The notes: generated from the letters alone by a model not told the origin. Shown: positions 36,482-48,231, numbered from the whole stretch's first letter. The stretch is 63,979 nt of DNA, filler included, from Diploschistes diacapsis (GCA_023645945.1; 27 parts of 27 records of this genome joined end to end with filler, not necessarily neighbours in it), one strand, 5' to 3'. Numbers and translations are program-made.

Positions 36482-36829
36482 NNNNNNNNNNNNNNNNNNN
36501 NNNNNNNNNNNNNNNNNNNNNNNNNTTAATTAATTAANNNNNNNNNNNNNNNNNNNNNNNNNNNNNNNNNNNNNNNNNNNNCGTTACGATAATTAAACGT
36601 TCTAAAAATAGAATTTAAAAAAGAAAAGAATAATTATAATACGCAAAACTTAATAAGGGTTATTAAAAGATATATTAAGTATATATTAAAATCAGTTAAC
36701 TTGTTTTTATATAAGAACAGAGTTTTCGCAGATAGAGATAGTTTTTTAAAAGTTATTTCATCAGTACATCTATCGTCTAACAAAGATCTAGCCACCGAAT
36801 AGCCACTTATCTGCCTTATAGTCATACTG

Positions 36830-36955
36830 TAGTATTAACCTTTACAGTATCCGTGTTTTAAAATTTTAGCTATTATGTCCGTGTCAGTGTCCGTGTTTTA
36901 AAAATTTTTACTGCAGTGTCCGTGTCAGTGACCGTGGCACGAAACGGCCAGCCTA
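36830..36955 (-). mobile_element. hAT-type MITE family B, terminal fragment
   Basis: Ends GTGGCACGAAACGGCCAGCCTA. Confidence 0.7.
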
Positions 36956-37148
36956 GTTAATTCTTTAAAAAACGGAAATATTATCGATTCTTTTTTTTTG
37001 ATCCTTTTTATTAACGGGGGTTATTATTTATAATGATTCGGGCTGGTAATACTTTCGAGTTTAATTATCGGGAATTTACTCGAATATTTAGTTCGGTTGA
37101 CGTTTTAAATTCTCGTCTCGAGTGCGTAGGTAAAGCGAGCTTTTCGAA

Positions 37149-37364
37149 TATGAAACGCCAGCGCAGGAATGGGATACTACATTACCGGGGGCTGGATCTG
37201 ATCCGGAAGGATTACGTGTAACTGGACATCTGCAGGTAAAAGGTCTCAATTCGAAAGGTTAGAGAAGAAACTATCTAGGTGGGAGGGTGGCAGGAATAAA
37301 TAGTATGTAGGTGCCAGCCCTACAGGGTTCGGGTTCTACCTGCCTACACAGCCACCCCCTAACA
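37149..37364 (+). mobile_element. LTR family 3 variant
   Basis: Shares GGGGCTG..CTGATC..AAGGAT.ACGTGTA and CTAGGTGGG...CAGCCCTAC with 33644-33856. Ends AACA. Confidence 0.6.
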
Positions 37365-37469
37365 TTCTTGGCACGGTTGGTACCCGTCATATGACCCTGC
37401 CATCATGTGACCCTGCCGTCATGTGACCCCGGTGGCTTGGCACGCCTGAGCTGATCTGTCTCAGGTTTT

Positions 37470-37612
37470 TTATATTAACGCGCTTTTTAACGGCGAAAAC
37501 ATTACGACATCAAATAATTAAAGAAGATAAGAATTATACGAAAATAATATCATTAAATCGATTCGATTAAACATATAAAAACGAATAATATTAATAATAA
37601 TATAATTATTAT
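37470..37612 (-). mobile_element. Fot1/pogo transposase DDE-domain fragment (RIP-degraded)
   Basis: Minus strand corresponds to DGHGSH...HSSH..QPLDV.VF.PLK after C-to-T mutation. Copies at 39940-40217, 46913-47230 and 47920-48065. Confidence 0.65.
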
Positions 37613-38103
37613 TAGGCTGGCCGTTTCGTGCCACGGTCACTGACACGGACACTGCAGCAAAAATTTTTAAAACACGGACACTAACACGGACACGACAGCT
37701 AAAATTTTAAAACACGGACACTGACACGGATACTACACTATAGTAAAAGCACGGACACGGACACTATAATTAAAAATTTTAAAACATTAATACTAACACG
37801 GATATTATATTTCCGTGAATTCACCGAAACACTGCGGTGAATCCACCGAAACACCGCAGTAAAATTTTTTTAAAAAAATAAAAGCGTGAAAAATAGGCGT
37901 AATAATTCTAAAATTATTAAAATTAAAAAAATAATTTAAAGTATTTCGATAAATATACGGACACGGACACCGCAATAAAAAAAATTTTCGATACGGACAC
38001 TAATACGGATATTATATTATAATAAAAGCACGGACACGGACACTATAATTAAAAATTTTTAAATATTAATATTAATACGGATACTACACTTCCGTGAATC
38101 CAC
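37613..38103 (+). mobile_element. hAT-type MITE family B, partial
   Basis: TAGGCTGGCCGTTTCGTGCCAC terminus with ACACGG subrepeats. Confidence 0.8.
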
Positions 38104-38203
38104 NNNNNNNNNNNNNNNNNNNNNNNNNNNNNNNNNNNNNNNNNNNNTTAATTAATTAANNNNNNNNNNNNNNNNNNNNNNNNNNNNNNNNNNNNNNNNN
38201 NNN

Positions 38204-38580
38204 ATTTAAAATTAAATGCATCTAAACGGGACCCTGTTTTAATTATGAGTCATAATTTAAAATCAGATGTATCTAGACTGGACCCTTTTTTGATTATGAA
38301 TAATAATTTAAAATCAGATGCATCTAGACTAGACCCTTTTTTAATTATGACTCATAGTTCAAAGTCGGATGCATCTAGACTGGACCCTTTTTTAATTATG
38401 AGTCATAATTTAAAATCGGATGCATCTAGACTGGACCCTTTTTTAATTATGACTCATAGTTCAAAATCGGATGTATCTAGACTGGACCCTTTATTAAACT
38501 ATGACTCATCGTTTAAAATCAGATGCATCCAGATTGGACCCTTTTTTCATTATGACTCATTTTAGATTATGACTCATAAT
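38204..38580. repeat. 51-bp tandem array (about 7 units) containing ATGA(C/G)TCAT palindromes
   Basis: Unit approximately ATGASTCATA.TT.AAA.TCRGATGCATCTAGACTGGACCCTTTTTTAATT. Perfect 9-mers at 38245, 38347, 38398, 38449, 38501, 38552 and 38569. Confidence 0.9.
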
Positions 38581-38781
38581 AATATTCTTCAGGACCATTT
38601 TTATATAAATATCGGTCTATTTCCCTCTTTCTTTTTTTTGGATATATCACTTACTTACTTATCTAAATATATTTATATATTTGAATCCTAGTCACTATAT
38701 TACTATTTTTTATTAACCCTAACTTATTATCCAAATATATTACTTTGTTTTAAAGTTTTATATTTATTATCCTTTCGAAAA

Positions 38782-39724
38782 ATGGCGGATCATATTATCG
38801 CACCATTTTTTACATTCAACGCCGAGTTTGGCATTCTAGCCTGTAATAAATGCAAATATTGTATTATTACATCGGAATTCATCAATCATTTAAAAAATAA
38901 CCATAAAGATGAATATAACAAGACCGAAATTCAAGGTTTTAAATCGACTATTGCCGAGCTAGACATTTTACAAAAACAAGACGTTTTAAAACCGGAAGAT
39001 TTTAAACATTATTTCGACTATTTACATTTAAACAACGGTTTTAAATGCAAATCTTGCGATTTCATTACTATTAATATTCGTGTTTTACGCACCCATATTA
39101 ATAAACATCATCAAAAGAAATTCGAAGAAGCGGATACTTTGATCATTAAAAACATTAAAATCCAGCATTTTTTCCCTTCGAATTATAAGAAATTATTTAT
39201 TTCTTCAGCAACCAATCCGATTAATTCGAATTTATTGATCGAAAACTCGCCGCGAACGGAGCTAGAAAATGTCCAAAAAAACACGAAAATTCAATACGAA
39301 GAAAAAATGAAAAGAATCGAAAACAATGCGAATTTCAACCCCGATCTCACCGAAGTTAAATGGTTTTTTCGTCAAACGAATTTCCCTAAATATTTCGAAA
39401 ACAAAAATCCAAGAATAATGGAAAATTTTCTTACGATTAATAACGAAAATTCATTCTTATCGACTTTTCAATCATTTATTCGCCAATTTTTGGACCATAA
39501 TGAATTTTTAATAATTCAATTCGAACCTTATTTACTGCGAATTATTGCATCGGAACGACCTGCCGAATTAAGCGATAATATTAAACCATTTAAATTACCG
39601 CTACGCCGAGAAACACGAAAAAGATATTATAATATTATCGAAAGATTGATTATCTTCGTGATTAATTTTTATTTATTTAAAAGAAATAATCCCGAAGATA
39701 TTTCTTTTATTCAGCCAACAATCT
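38782..39724 (+). CDS. Zinc-finger protein, DUF3505/OrsD-like N-terminus as in telomere-linked helicases; 3' truncated by contig end
   Basis: Stop-free 314-codon ORF in very AT-rich DNA. Two C2H2-like motifs (ILACNKC...NHLKNNH and GFKCKSCDF...RTHINKHH) followed by IQHFF, the pattern seen in this family. No helicase motifs within the available sequence. Confidence 0.6.
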
Positions 39725-39824
39725 NNNNNNNNNNNNNNNNNNNNNNNNNNNNNNNNNNNNNNNNNNNNTTAATTAATTAANNNNNNNNNNNNNNNNNNNN
39801 NNNNNNNNNNNNNNNNNNNNNNNN

Positions 39825-39939
39825 GGTAAGGAAGGAACTATCTAGGTGGGAGGAGGGCACATATAAATAGTCTGGGTGCCAGCCCTACCAGCCCTACCAG
39901 GGTTCAACCCTTGAGCCCACAAACGATCAGGATGTTCCA
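39825..39939 (+). mobile_element. LTR family 3, 3' half
   Basis: Ends CCCACAAACG.TCAGGATGTTCCA, as at 33856. Confidence 0.6.
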
Positions 39940-40217
39940 TTTAATATTTATAAAATTTATTTAAACGTTTTGATTCGTAACAGCTCGATTTTAAATTATT
40001 AAAAACAATTCGATTTATTTCGAACGTATTATACGCGATTTATTTAATCGAGTAATATAATCCGTCTTATACGTCAACGCGCTTTTCAACGGCGAAAATA
40101 TTACGATATCGAATGATTAAAAAAGATAAAAATTATACGATAATAATATTATTAAATCGATTCGATTAGATATACAAAAACGAATATTAACGATAATATA
40201 ACTATTATAACCGTTTA
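39940..40217 (-). mobile_element. Fot1/pogo transposase DDE-domain fragment (RIP-degraded)
   Basis: Collinear with 46920-47075. Confidence 0.65.
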
Positions 40218-41283
40218 TGTAATAACATAGCTGACGTCGCTGGTGACGTCGCTGCAGCAGCATCTATGACGATGCTACCTACTATAACTATATAATGCTC
40301 GCTGGCCATTTAGCTAGCGATCATCATCTAATCATCACATAATACAATATATTTACTATAATTGGTAACAACGACTATAGTTTGATCCACTATCCTAATG
40401 CTTAATAGCATTAATAAAGACTTATTCTCTACCTAATCCCTTTAGGGTCCCAAAAAGCTTTTTAGCCACCATTCGGAGCATCTAAAAGCCCTGATTTATT
40501 ATACATTTTGTATAAGGATTTATGGTTTTCAGAACCAGTCTCCCCATGCTCTAGTCTTAGAACAACAGATAATCATTCCTTTATTTTCTTCTCGCCTAGC
40601 AAGTTTGGCCTAGGAATGGAATCCCACAGAAAAACTACCTGCCGATTAGCGTGTTTTCGTATTTTTCCTTTCCCTACCAAATCTCTATAAGAAGAAAGAA
40701 TGCCTTGGAACAACAAGATCCAACAATTCGAACACCTACCTGGAGCAGCCACTACAGATCAGCCAGATCATCCACTCCACTACCATCTCGAACCGGTCTC
40801 GCCATTCGCCTCTCTTCCCTCCTGCCACCAAGTTCTAGCTAGATACTGGAATTTTGGGGTACAAGCTTACCTTCCTTTCGTCTATCTCTACAACCTTCAA
40901 TCATCCATTCTCCTGTCTTCTCTTCAACTACCAAATCTACTATAAGAAGCTAGAACGCCTGCCGACAACTTCGACACCGAGAAAAAGCAAGGATTTAATC
41001 ATACAAATAAAACAGGTTATAAAGACTGTCTAAAGATACTATTGAGCCTATTTAAAGCATTATATTGAGCTTTTTTTGTTACGGGGATAGATGCTAGTCA
41101 TTTACTTATAAAAGCATAAGCATTATTGCTAAAGAGATATTGTAGTGGTATAGCTGACGTCGCTAGTGACGTCGCTGCAGCAGCATCTATAACGATACTG
41201 CCCACTATGGTTATATAATGCTCGCTGGCCACCTAGCTAGCGATCATCATCTAATCATCACACAATACAATACATTTACTACA
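40218..41283 (+). mobile_element. TRIM-like non-autonomous LTR retroelement with 143-bp LTRs (40218-40360 and 41141-41283)
   Basis: Two direct repeats differing almost only by C/T and G/A transitions. TGGTA... PBS 2 nt after the 5' LTR and a purine-rich tract before the 3' LTR. About 780-bp interior without a long ORF. Confidence 0.8.
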
Positions 41284-41444
41284 ATTATTGAGCGATAACG
41301 AAAGCTCGTTCGCCGTTTACGAGAATAAACGCGAATAATAAACGNNNNNNNNNNNNNNNNNNNNNNNNNNNNNNNNNNNNNNNNNNNNTTAATTAATTAA
41401 NNNNNNNNNNNNNNNNNNNNNNNNNNNNNNNNNNNNNNNNNNNN

Positions 41445-42020
41445 CCTTTCTTCCTCGATAATAATCCAAGTTCAATTGAATTAATATTAAATTCCGTCGA
41501 TCTCTTATTAGCCTTCGATATCTAGTAGAATCATTACTTACGCTGTTGGATCTAGTCGAGGACCTCGTTAACTGACGAAGTTCAATTGAAGTCTTACTGA
41601 ACTTACCCGATATCTATCAACGATCGAAATTTAGTCGTTGTTTTCGTTAAAACCATTCGACTTTCCGATAACGATCGAAGTTAATTAAACCGTTGTTAAA
41701 TCTTTTCGATCTCCTTATCCATTATCGAGAATCAGTTAAATTGTTATTAAATCATCTCGATATTCTTCGATAACTATCGAGATTTAGTTATATCTATTAT
41801 TGAACTTATTCGATAACTATTGATAATGATCGATATCTAGCTCAGTCGACGTTGAATCATCTCGATACCTAATAATCGTCGATATTTAGTTGTACCGCCG
41901 CTAAACCTTTTCGCCATCTTATCAATTATCGATATTTAGTTTTACCGTCGCTGGACCGATTCGATTCTTCGATAAGTTTCGAAGTTCACCTGAACTAATG
42001 CTAAACGCATTCGATCTAAA
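41445..42020 (+). repeat. About 50-bp degenerate minisatellite (family D), about 11 units
   Basis: TCGA anchor recurs at about 41625, 41676, 41726, 41778, 41831, 41880, 41930 and 41980. Confidence 0.7.
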
Positions 42021-42562
42021 AACAAAGGTAACGAGATGGAGGATAATATTTGTTATAACAAGCGGGTTTTCCTTTTAATAATTACTTGTAATATTATTAT
42101 TTGATTACGTAGTTATTGTCGACCTTTACGATACATGGCTTAACAGGCTAACCGATAAACCAAAAATCCAATAATATATTTAATCTGTTAACACGATGTA
42201 GAAGGTTCAGATATAAAACTAAACCTAAATCTGGATTTATTAGTTACATATGTTTAGATACTTGACTCCTATTCGAAAACGACGAATTAAAATCGGGGAC
42301 GGAATACTCTACATGAATCACGCACGTTACGTTAAAAAGATTAGATTCTGGTTTTCTATATTTGGGATATATTATTGTTTTCTAGATTACCGGGACAATA
42401 GGTTATATAAGATAGGATTTACGAAAAGATCGCTAACGGGATTACGACGCTTATAATACTACTATATTGTTTAAAAGTATAATATCTTTTAGAGATAATC
42501 GATCTTAGTCGAAAAGATATTTAAAAAAATCAATATGTTAAATAATTCCGTTCGTGGGGAAA

Positions 42563-42842
42563 TGTTAAGTAGATAGACGGAAGGTATGGCTGTAAGCTCG
42601 GCTTGTTTTAAGAGATTTACTGGAAGAATCCGGGAAGTTTAGTTTAGGTAAACTTACCGAGGTTTAATTTAATTTAATTTAGCTGAACCTTATAAAATCC
42701 GATAAAATCCTGACTAGACCGATCAGATATAATGTGGGTAATAGGGTTTAGCGAGTCCCGTGGGGTATAAAAGTTTACACAGTAGAATTATTTCCTAGGA
42801 TAAGACCTCTAGACTTCAATATATCCATTACGTTGCCAAACA
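42563..42842 (+). mobile_element. LTR family 2 variant preceded by a purine tract (3' LTR)
   Basis: GGGGAAA|TG start, ends CCATTACGTTGCCAAACA. The upstream 250 bp matches the reverse of 62120-62367. Confidence 0.7.
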
Positions 42843-44683
42843 CGAATTATTGCGTAAAGGTTCTCGAATATTCGATTTACCGTTAAAAATTAGATCGTAT
42901 ATTTAAACGTATAAAAGTAAAATTTTATTAGTTTTTTATATTTCGTTATATCGTTATTCGGAATNNNNNNNNNNNNNNNNNNNNNNNNNNNNNNNNNNNN
43001 NNNNNNNNTTAATTAATTAANNNNNNNNNNNNNNNNNNNNNNNNNNNNNNNNNNNNNNNNNNNNCGTATTAAATCTTCATTAATAATAATATAATATTAT
43101 TTAATACCGCTTTGACCTTCTTTTAAATTATGAATGAATTATTTCATAATTTTCGAGCATACTCGTAGCGTTTTTAAGCTAGTTTACTAATATCTAGTTA
43201 TTATATTCTGGCGGCCAGCCCTTCTATTAGAGAGGTTTGGCAACCCTGTCGCTGCGGCTGCGGGCTTGCTATTGTAGTTAGCTCAGATCTTGGCGTTCCG
43301 GATCCTTACCTCTTTTGGCAGTATCTCCGCCGCTATAACGCAGAGTCTGCGTTGCTATAGGCAGGCGTTGCGTTGCTGCTAGCGCCTGCGGAAACTTAGA
43401 TATAATTAAGCGTCGATAGAGAGCCTTACGGCTCCCTACCGACGCATCTATAGTAATAAATAAATAAATATAATAAAAAATTTTTATTATAAGTGCCTTT
43501 ATAGATTGTCCGGCGCCTCGAGAGGCCGTCGGCGCTGTATATGTTTTTATAAAATATAAAAAGTAGGTATTTACGCCAGTCTCTATACCTTAAGACCCTT
43601 AATCTCGCGATAAGGACTATAATGATAATAGATATCGAATGCTTTTATTTCTATCATGGTTTTTATTCTTTTTTACTTCTTTCGCTCTTCTTGCCCTTCC
43701 CGTCTCTTTTCTTTCTTTTGCGTTACCTAGATCCTTTTCTTTCGCCGCGCCGTTGAGGGACGGCACCATGTTGCCGCCGTCGAGACTCCCGCTAAAACCG
43801 TCGAGAAGACCGTTCCGAATCGATCGCGATAAGACGACGCTAATGCGCTTATATTTAGAAAATGGGTCAGCATATCGAAACTAAGAAAAAGCAAAATTTT
43901 AGAAACATATCGAGATAGAATTATAAATTAAATTAAGTTTATTTATCCCCTATTTTAATTTAAGATAAATTATAACTACATTAATTAAAAATCGATAAAA
44001 ATAGTTCGCCGGCGAGTAAACAAGCGATAATAAAATAGACGCGGAACTTCTTTTTATTATTAACGAATAGCTAGACCTTTTAAAAGAAGAAGAAGAAAGT
44101 TAATAAATATAATAAAATATAAAAACAAAACGAAAGAAAGAGATTTACGACGTACGAAAGCTTTAACGTTAAATAATACGCCGTTTTAACGAGCGTAACG
44201 CGAGCTTCGGCTTCGAAAAGAACTAAATCGATTTAACGGAAGAAAGAAAGAACTAAAGCAAGGACGAGACCGTTAACGAGATTATAAGTAAGAACAATAG
44301 CCGGTGGAGCGAGAACGGAAGCCGGGAACGAGGGAAAAGAATATCTACGAAAAAATTAGTACGAAATTTAAAAAGAAATAGAAGCATTCTTATCGAATCT
44401 ATTATTATAAAAATGGCGGCCGTTTTTAAAAGCGACAGCGAGTAGCGTCGACGGCGAAGGAATAGCGGAAAGACGGCGGAAGAATTTCAAAGCTTACGTA
44501 AATAGCTGTAATAAGAGAAAGAGGCGAGAAAAATTTAGGCGCGATAGACGAATACGGTTTTATTAAATCTAAAAATAATGTTANNNNNNNNNNNNNNNNN
44601 NNNNNNNNNNNNNNNNNNNNNNNNNNNTTAATTAATTAANNNNNNNNNNNNNNNNNNNNNNNNNNNNNNNNNNNNNNNNNNNN

Positions 44684-46201
44684 CCCCGCCACGAAAAACC
44701 CCTGCGTCCCCTCCTCCGTGCCCTTCTCGCACCTGATACACCCTTCCGCCACGATCTCCACCCACCGCCCCTCCTTCCCATCTTCTTCTTCGTCTCCAGC
44801 CATGCCTTTACCCCCGCAGACGCCCCTGCCAATACTGCCGCAAGCCTCCGCCCTTCCCCTCACATCCCACGCCCTCAGGCCAGGTGCCTGCTCCTCCCGC
44901 CTCAATATCCTCCACCCCCTCCTTCTCGCCACGACCGAGCCCAGCGCGGCGACGATGACGTGTTCGTTCTCGGCGTCGTAGATCGAGCAGGTGGAATATG
45001 TGATCCTGCGAGCTGAGGGGAAGGAGAAGGCGTGCAGGAGCATTTTCGTTTGGAGGGAGGAGAGGGACGCGAGGCGCCTCTGGAGAGCGGCCTTGTTGTT
45101 GTTCTTGTTGTTGCCGCTGTTCTCGGCTAGAGGTGAAGGGAGGGGAGTAAGAACTTTGTTCTCTGGCGTGGCCTGTTGTATCGGCAGTAGCTCGGATTTG
45201 CTGTTCGATGTTGCTGCTTTATCTTCGTTTCCTTCTTCGAGGTCGTTGACATTGGCCTTCACTGCTCCTACACCTCCTATTGGAGCCGTATTCTCGTCAT
45301 CAGGGTTCCGTTTGCGCTTCTTCCCTCTCTTCTTCCCTCTTATGTCCGCACGAAGGGGTTCGGATTGGGTACTCCTAGGAAGTCGCCACATCACGCCGGC
45401 ACCAATCGCGCCCCCTTTTTCCCCATTCTCGATGTCTTCGCCGTCATCCCTGCCGACGATGCCGCTCCCAGAACAGCTCGGATCTAGCAGGATCGCGGTG
45501 ACACCACGCCATGGCTTTTCTGCCGGGTTAAGAGTGAGGAAGTCTACTCCGGCATATACTTGCACGCGATGCGCACACCCTGCTTTCGCGACCATCTTCT
45601 TTAATGTTTGGGCCCGGTTCGGATCGCGCTCGACGGCAAAAACCTTAGGCTCCTTACACGTAGACATAGTAGACCCGTTACTGGCCGTAGCAGGCGTCTT
45701 CGAACCAGAGTCAGTGCCATTTACTCGAAGCTGGGCCTCTAGCAAAGCAGCCAGATGCGTCGTCTTATTCCCCGGCGCCGCACACGCATCGAGGACATCT
45801 CCACCGCCACCGCCACCGCCACCGCCATCGCCGTCTTCGAGCCGCGGACCGAGCAGATAAGCAGGGAAACAACTCGCCTTGTCCTGCACCACCACCTCTC
45901 CCCTCTGATACGCGCCCATCTTGCCCACGCTAGCACCCGGCGGCAACGCCAGCAGATCCGGAACGTGCTCGTCGACATGATAGATCAGCGCGTCGCTACG
46001 GGCAGCGAGAACCTCAGCCAGCGACGCAGCACGTGCGTACTCGCGGAAAGTAGTCGCCAGCTGCACGGCGAGCGAGGAGCGGACGGTGCTGATCCTCAAC
46101 CACCTCGGATGCGGATGCGAGCACGACGACAACGCCTGCCTGCATGTGCTCTCATCCGGTACAGCAGCAGCAGCCATCCTCTCCCCCCACTCCCCCTCCA
46201 C
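44684..46201 (-). CDS. rcm1: NOL1/NOP2/Sun-family rRNA m5C methyltransferase (Rcm1/NSUN5), partial at both ends
   Basis: VQDKASCFPAYLL, DACAAPGNKTTH, ILLDPSCSGSG, ITYSTCSI..ENE and GTQGFFVAG motifs, with long low-complexity inserts. Confidence 0.9.
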
Positions 46202-46301
46202 NNNNNNNNNNNNNNNNNNNNNNNNNNNNNNNNNNNNNNNNNNNNTTAATTAATTAANNNNNNNNNNNNNNNNNNNNNNNNNNNNNNNNNNNNNNNNNNN
46301 N

Positions 46302-46641
46302 GCTTTCGTTATCGTTCAATAATCGCGTTTATTCTCGTAAATAACGAACCTTAAAAATATCGTTCGTTAAATTTACGATAAACGGCGAACGAGTTAATTA
46401 TATATAAACACGATTTTATTTTCGTGAAAAAAGACGTGTTTATTTTTATAAATATCTTAAGTTATTACTCGGGATCAATCTATATTCGTTATCTTTATTA
46501 TTTTAGAAAGCTTTTTTTCCAAAGACAGTCTAAGATCTGTAACTGCTTTACCTTCTTTTCCTACCACACTCCTCTTTTAACAGAGACCAAACCCACCTTG
46601 ATCCTACTCGTGTATACCTTGTATAGATAGAGATCATAACA
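46302..46641 (+). mobile_element. Gypsy LTR family 1, 3' part
   Basis: Ends GTATAGATAGAGATCATAACA. Confidence 0.8.
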
Positions 46642-46816
46642 CCCGGTAGGTTAACACCCATATTACTTAACGGTACCTTCCTTCCACCTAAATAGTTTCT
46701 TCTTCAACTTTTCGAATCGAGACCTTTTACCTGCAGATGCCCAAGCTATATCTAATCCTTCCGGATCAGGCCCAGCCCCCGGTAGAGTAGCATCCTTTCC
46801 TGCGCTAGCGTTTCAC
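46642..46816 (-). mobile_element. LTR family 3, 5' part
   Basis: Reverse complement of about 37150-37290. Confidence 0.6.
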
Positions 46817-46912
46817 TTTTATTATAATATAATATCCGTGGAAGTGTCCGTGCCGAGAAAATTTTCGCGGTAGTATCCGTGTCAGTGACCGTGGCACGCA
46901 ACGGCCAGCCTA
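46817..46912 (-). mobile_element. hAT-type MITE family B, terminal fragment
   Basis: Ends GTGGCACGCAACGGCCAGCCTA. Confidence 0.7.
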
Positions 46913-47230
46913 ATCCGTTTTTGGCGTTAACGCGCTTTTTAACGGCGAAAACACCGCGACATCGAATGATTAAAAAAATGAGAATTATACGATAATAATA
47001 TTATTAAATTGATTCGATTAGATATATAAAAGCGAATAATATTAACGATAATATGGTTACTATAATCGTTTATAATTAATAAACGACGCGTTTCGGGTCG
47101 ATTCGGTTTAATTAAAGGCTTAAAAATACGTATAAATCATTAATAACCGTGTTTATTTATTATTTATCTTTTATTATTAATACTAAACAGCTAGTTTCGA
47201 GGCGTTTCGACTAAAATCCAGTTAATATTA
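46913..47230 (-). mobile_element. Fot1/pogo transposase DDE-domain fragment (RIP-degraded)
   Basis: Minus strand retains DVAVFSPLKSAL, and a degraded DGHGSH motif lies upstream. Confidence 0.7.
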
Positions 47231-47237
47231 ATATATA

Positions 47238-47700
47238 ACGTATATGTATAGCGAGCGGACAATCATAGCGAGCGGATACCCTTCTCGATTCGTACGAGTT
47301 GCAATTACATTTACGCAATCAATTCGTACGATAATTTATTATATTAATTATTAATATCTTCCCCGGAAGCTATAGATTCTATTTCGCAAGTTCGCGTATT
47401 ATACCCGAACTAATTACATTTATCACAACGTTATACGCGCAATCCAATTTCCTTCGTACGAACTTTATTTTTATACATATCAACCTTTTCTATACGCATT
47501 TCGATCTTTAAAGATTATAGTACGATTACTCCTAATACGTTTAATAATCCTTCAGCTCGTACGCGCGTTTTTTAATTCTTTTTCCTTTGTTAAGTGCCTT
47601 ATTTATCGTACAAAATATCTTAATCTCGATCTTAAAAATTATTATTTTATACGTTAATTTAAAAATATCTTTAATCTGCATATTGTTGAACTAAACCACG
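47238..47700 (-). mobile_element. Fot1/pogo transposon 3' end with zinc-knuckle remnant
   Basis: TA|ACGT TIR with a doubled ATAGCGAGCGGA unit (same family as 3794). Minus strand RCDKCN*FGYNTRTC is a RIP version of RC..C...GHNARTC. Confidence 0.75.
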
Positions 47701-47919
47701 ACGCCAAAAGATGCGCACCTCTTAGCTAGCAGCAGTTCATGCTTATATTCCCACACATATCAATTAGTTCGTATAAATAAATAAAAGAACTATTTTAATA
47801 TATAATAATTCTATATTTTNNNNNNNNNNNNNNNNNNNNNNNNNNNNNNNNNNNNNNNNNNNNTTAATTAATTAANNNNNNNNNNNNNNNNNNNNNNNNN
47901 NNNNNNNNNNNNNNNNNNN

Positions 47920-48065
47920 TATACTGAAATAATATCATCAGATCGATTCGATTAGATATATAAAAACAAATAATATTAACGGTAATATGGCTATTATAAT
48001 CGTTTATAATTAATAAACGACGCGTTTCGGGTCGATTCGGTCTAATTAAAAGTTTAAAAATACGT
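47920..48065 (-). mobile_element. Fot1/pogo transposase DDE-domain fragment
   Basis: Near-identical to 46990-47130. Confidence 0.65.
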
Positions 48066-48231
48066 TAAATTAATTAAGTAAAATAAAGAAACCTTAATGG
48101 AAATATAAAAAAACAAATTCAAAAATTTAATTAAAAATGAATTTATACGTAATTAAAATCAATTTCGGAGTTTATCGGCCTTTTAGGCCAGAATAATAAT
48201 AATAAACGACCGATTATTTAACCGATAATAG

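Noticed and set aside
36582..36829. Possible Tc1/mariner end (TA|CAGTATG on the minus strand)
   Set aside because: Single occurrence, with no second TIR or transposase motif visible.
38245..38565. 106-aa repetitive ORF (MSHNLKSDASRLDPFLI)n and a possible CRISPR-like array
   Set aside because: It is a by-product of a 51-bp unit length. The units are full tandem copies without unique spacers, and the frame shifts in the last units.
43065..44583. RIP-mutated coding-like sequence, possibly LINE ORF1 or a DNA-transposon accessory gene
   Set aside because: No diagnostic motif or terminus recognised, so it cannot be classified from sequence alone.
44991..45860. 289-aa plus-strand ORF
   Set aside because: It is the antisense shadow of the rcm1 coding region.
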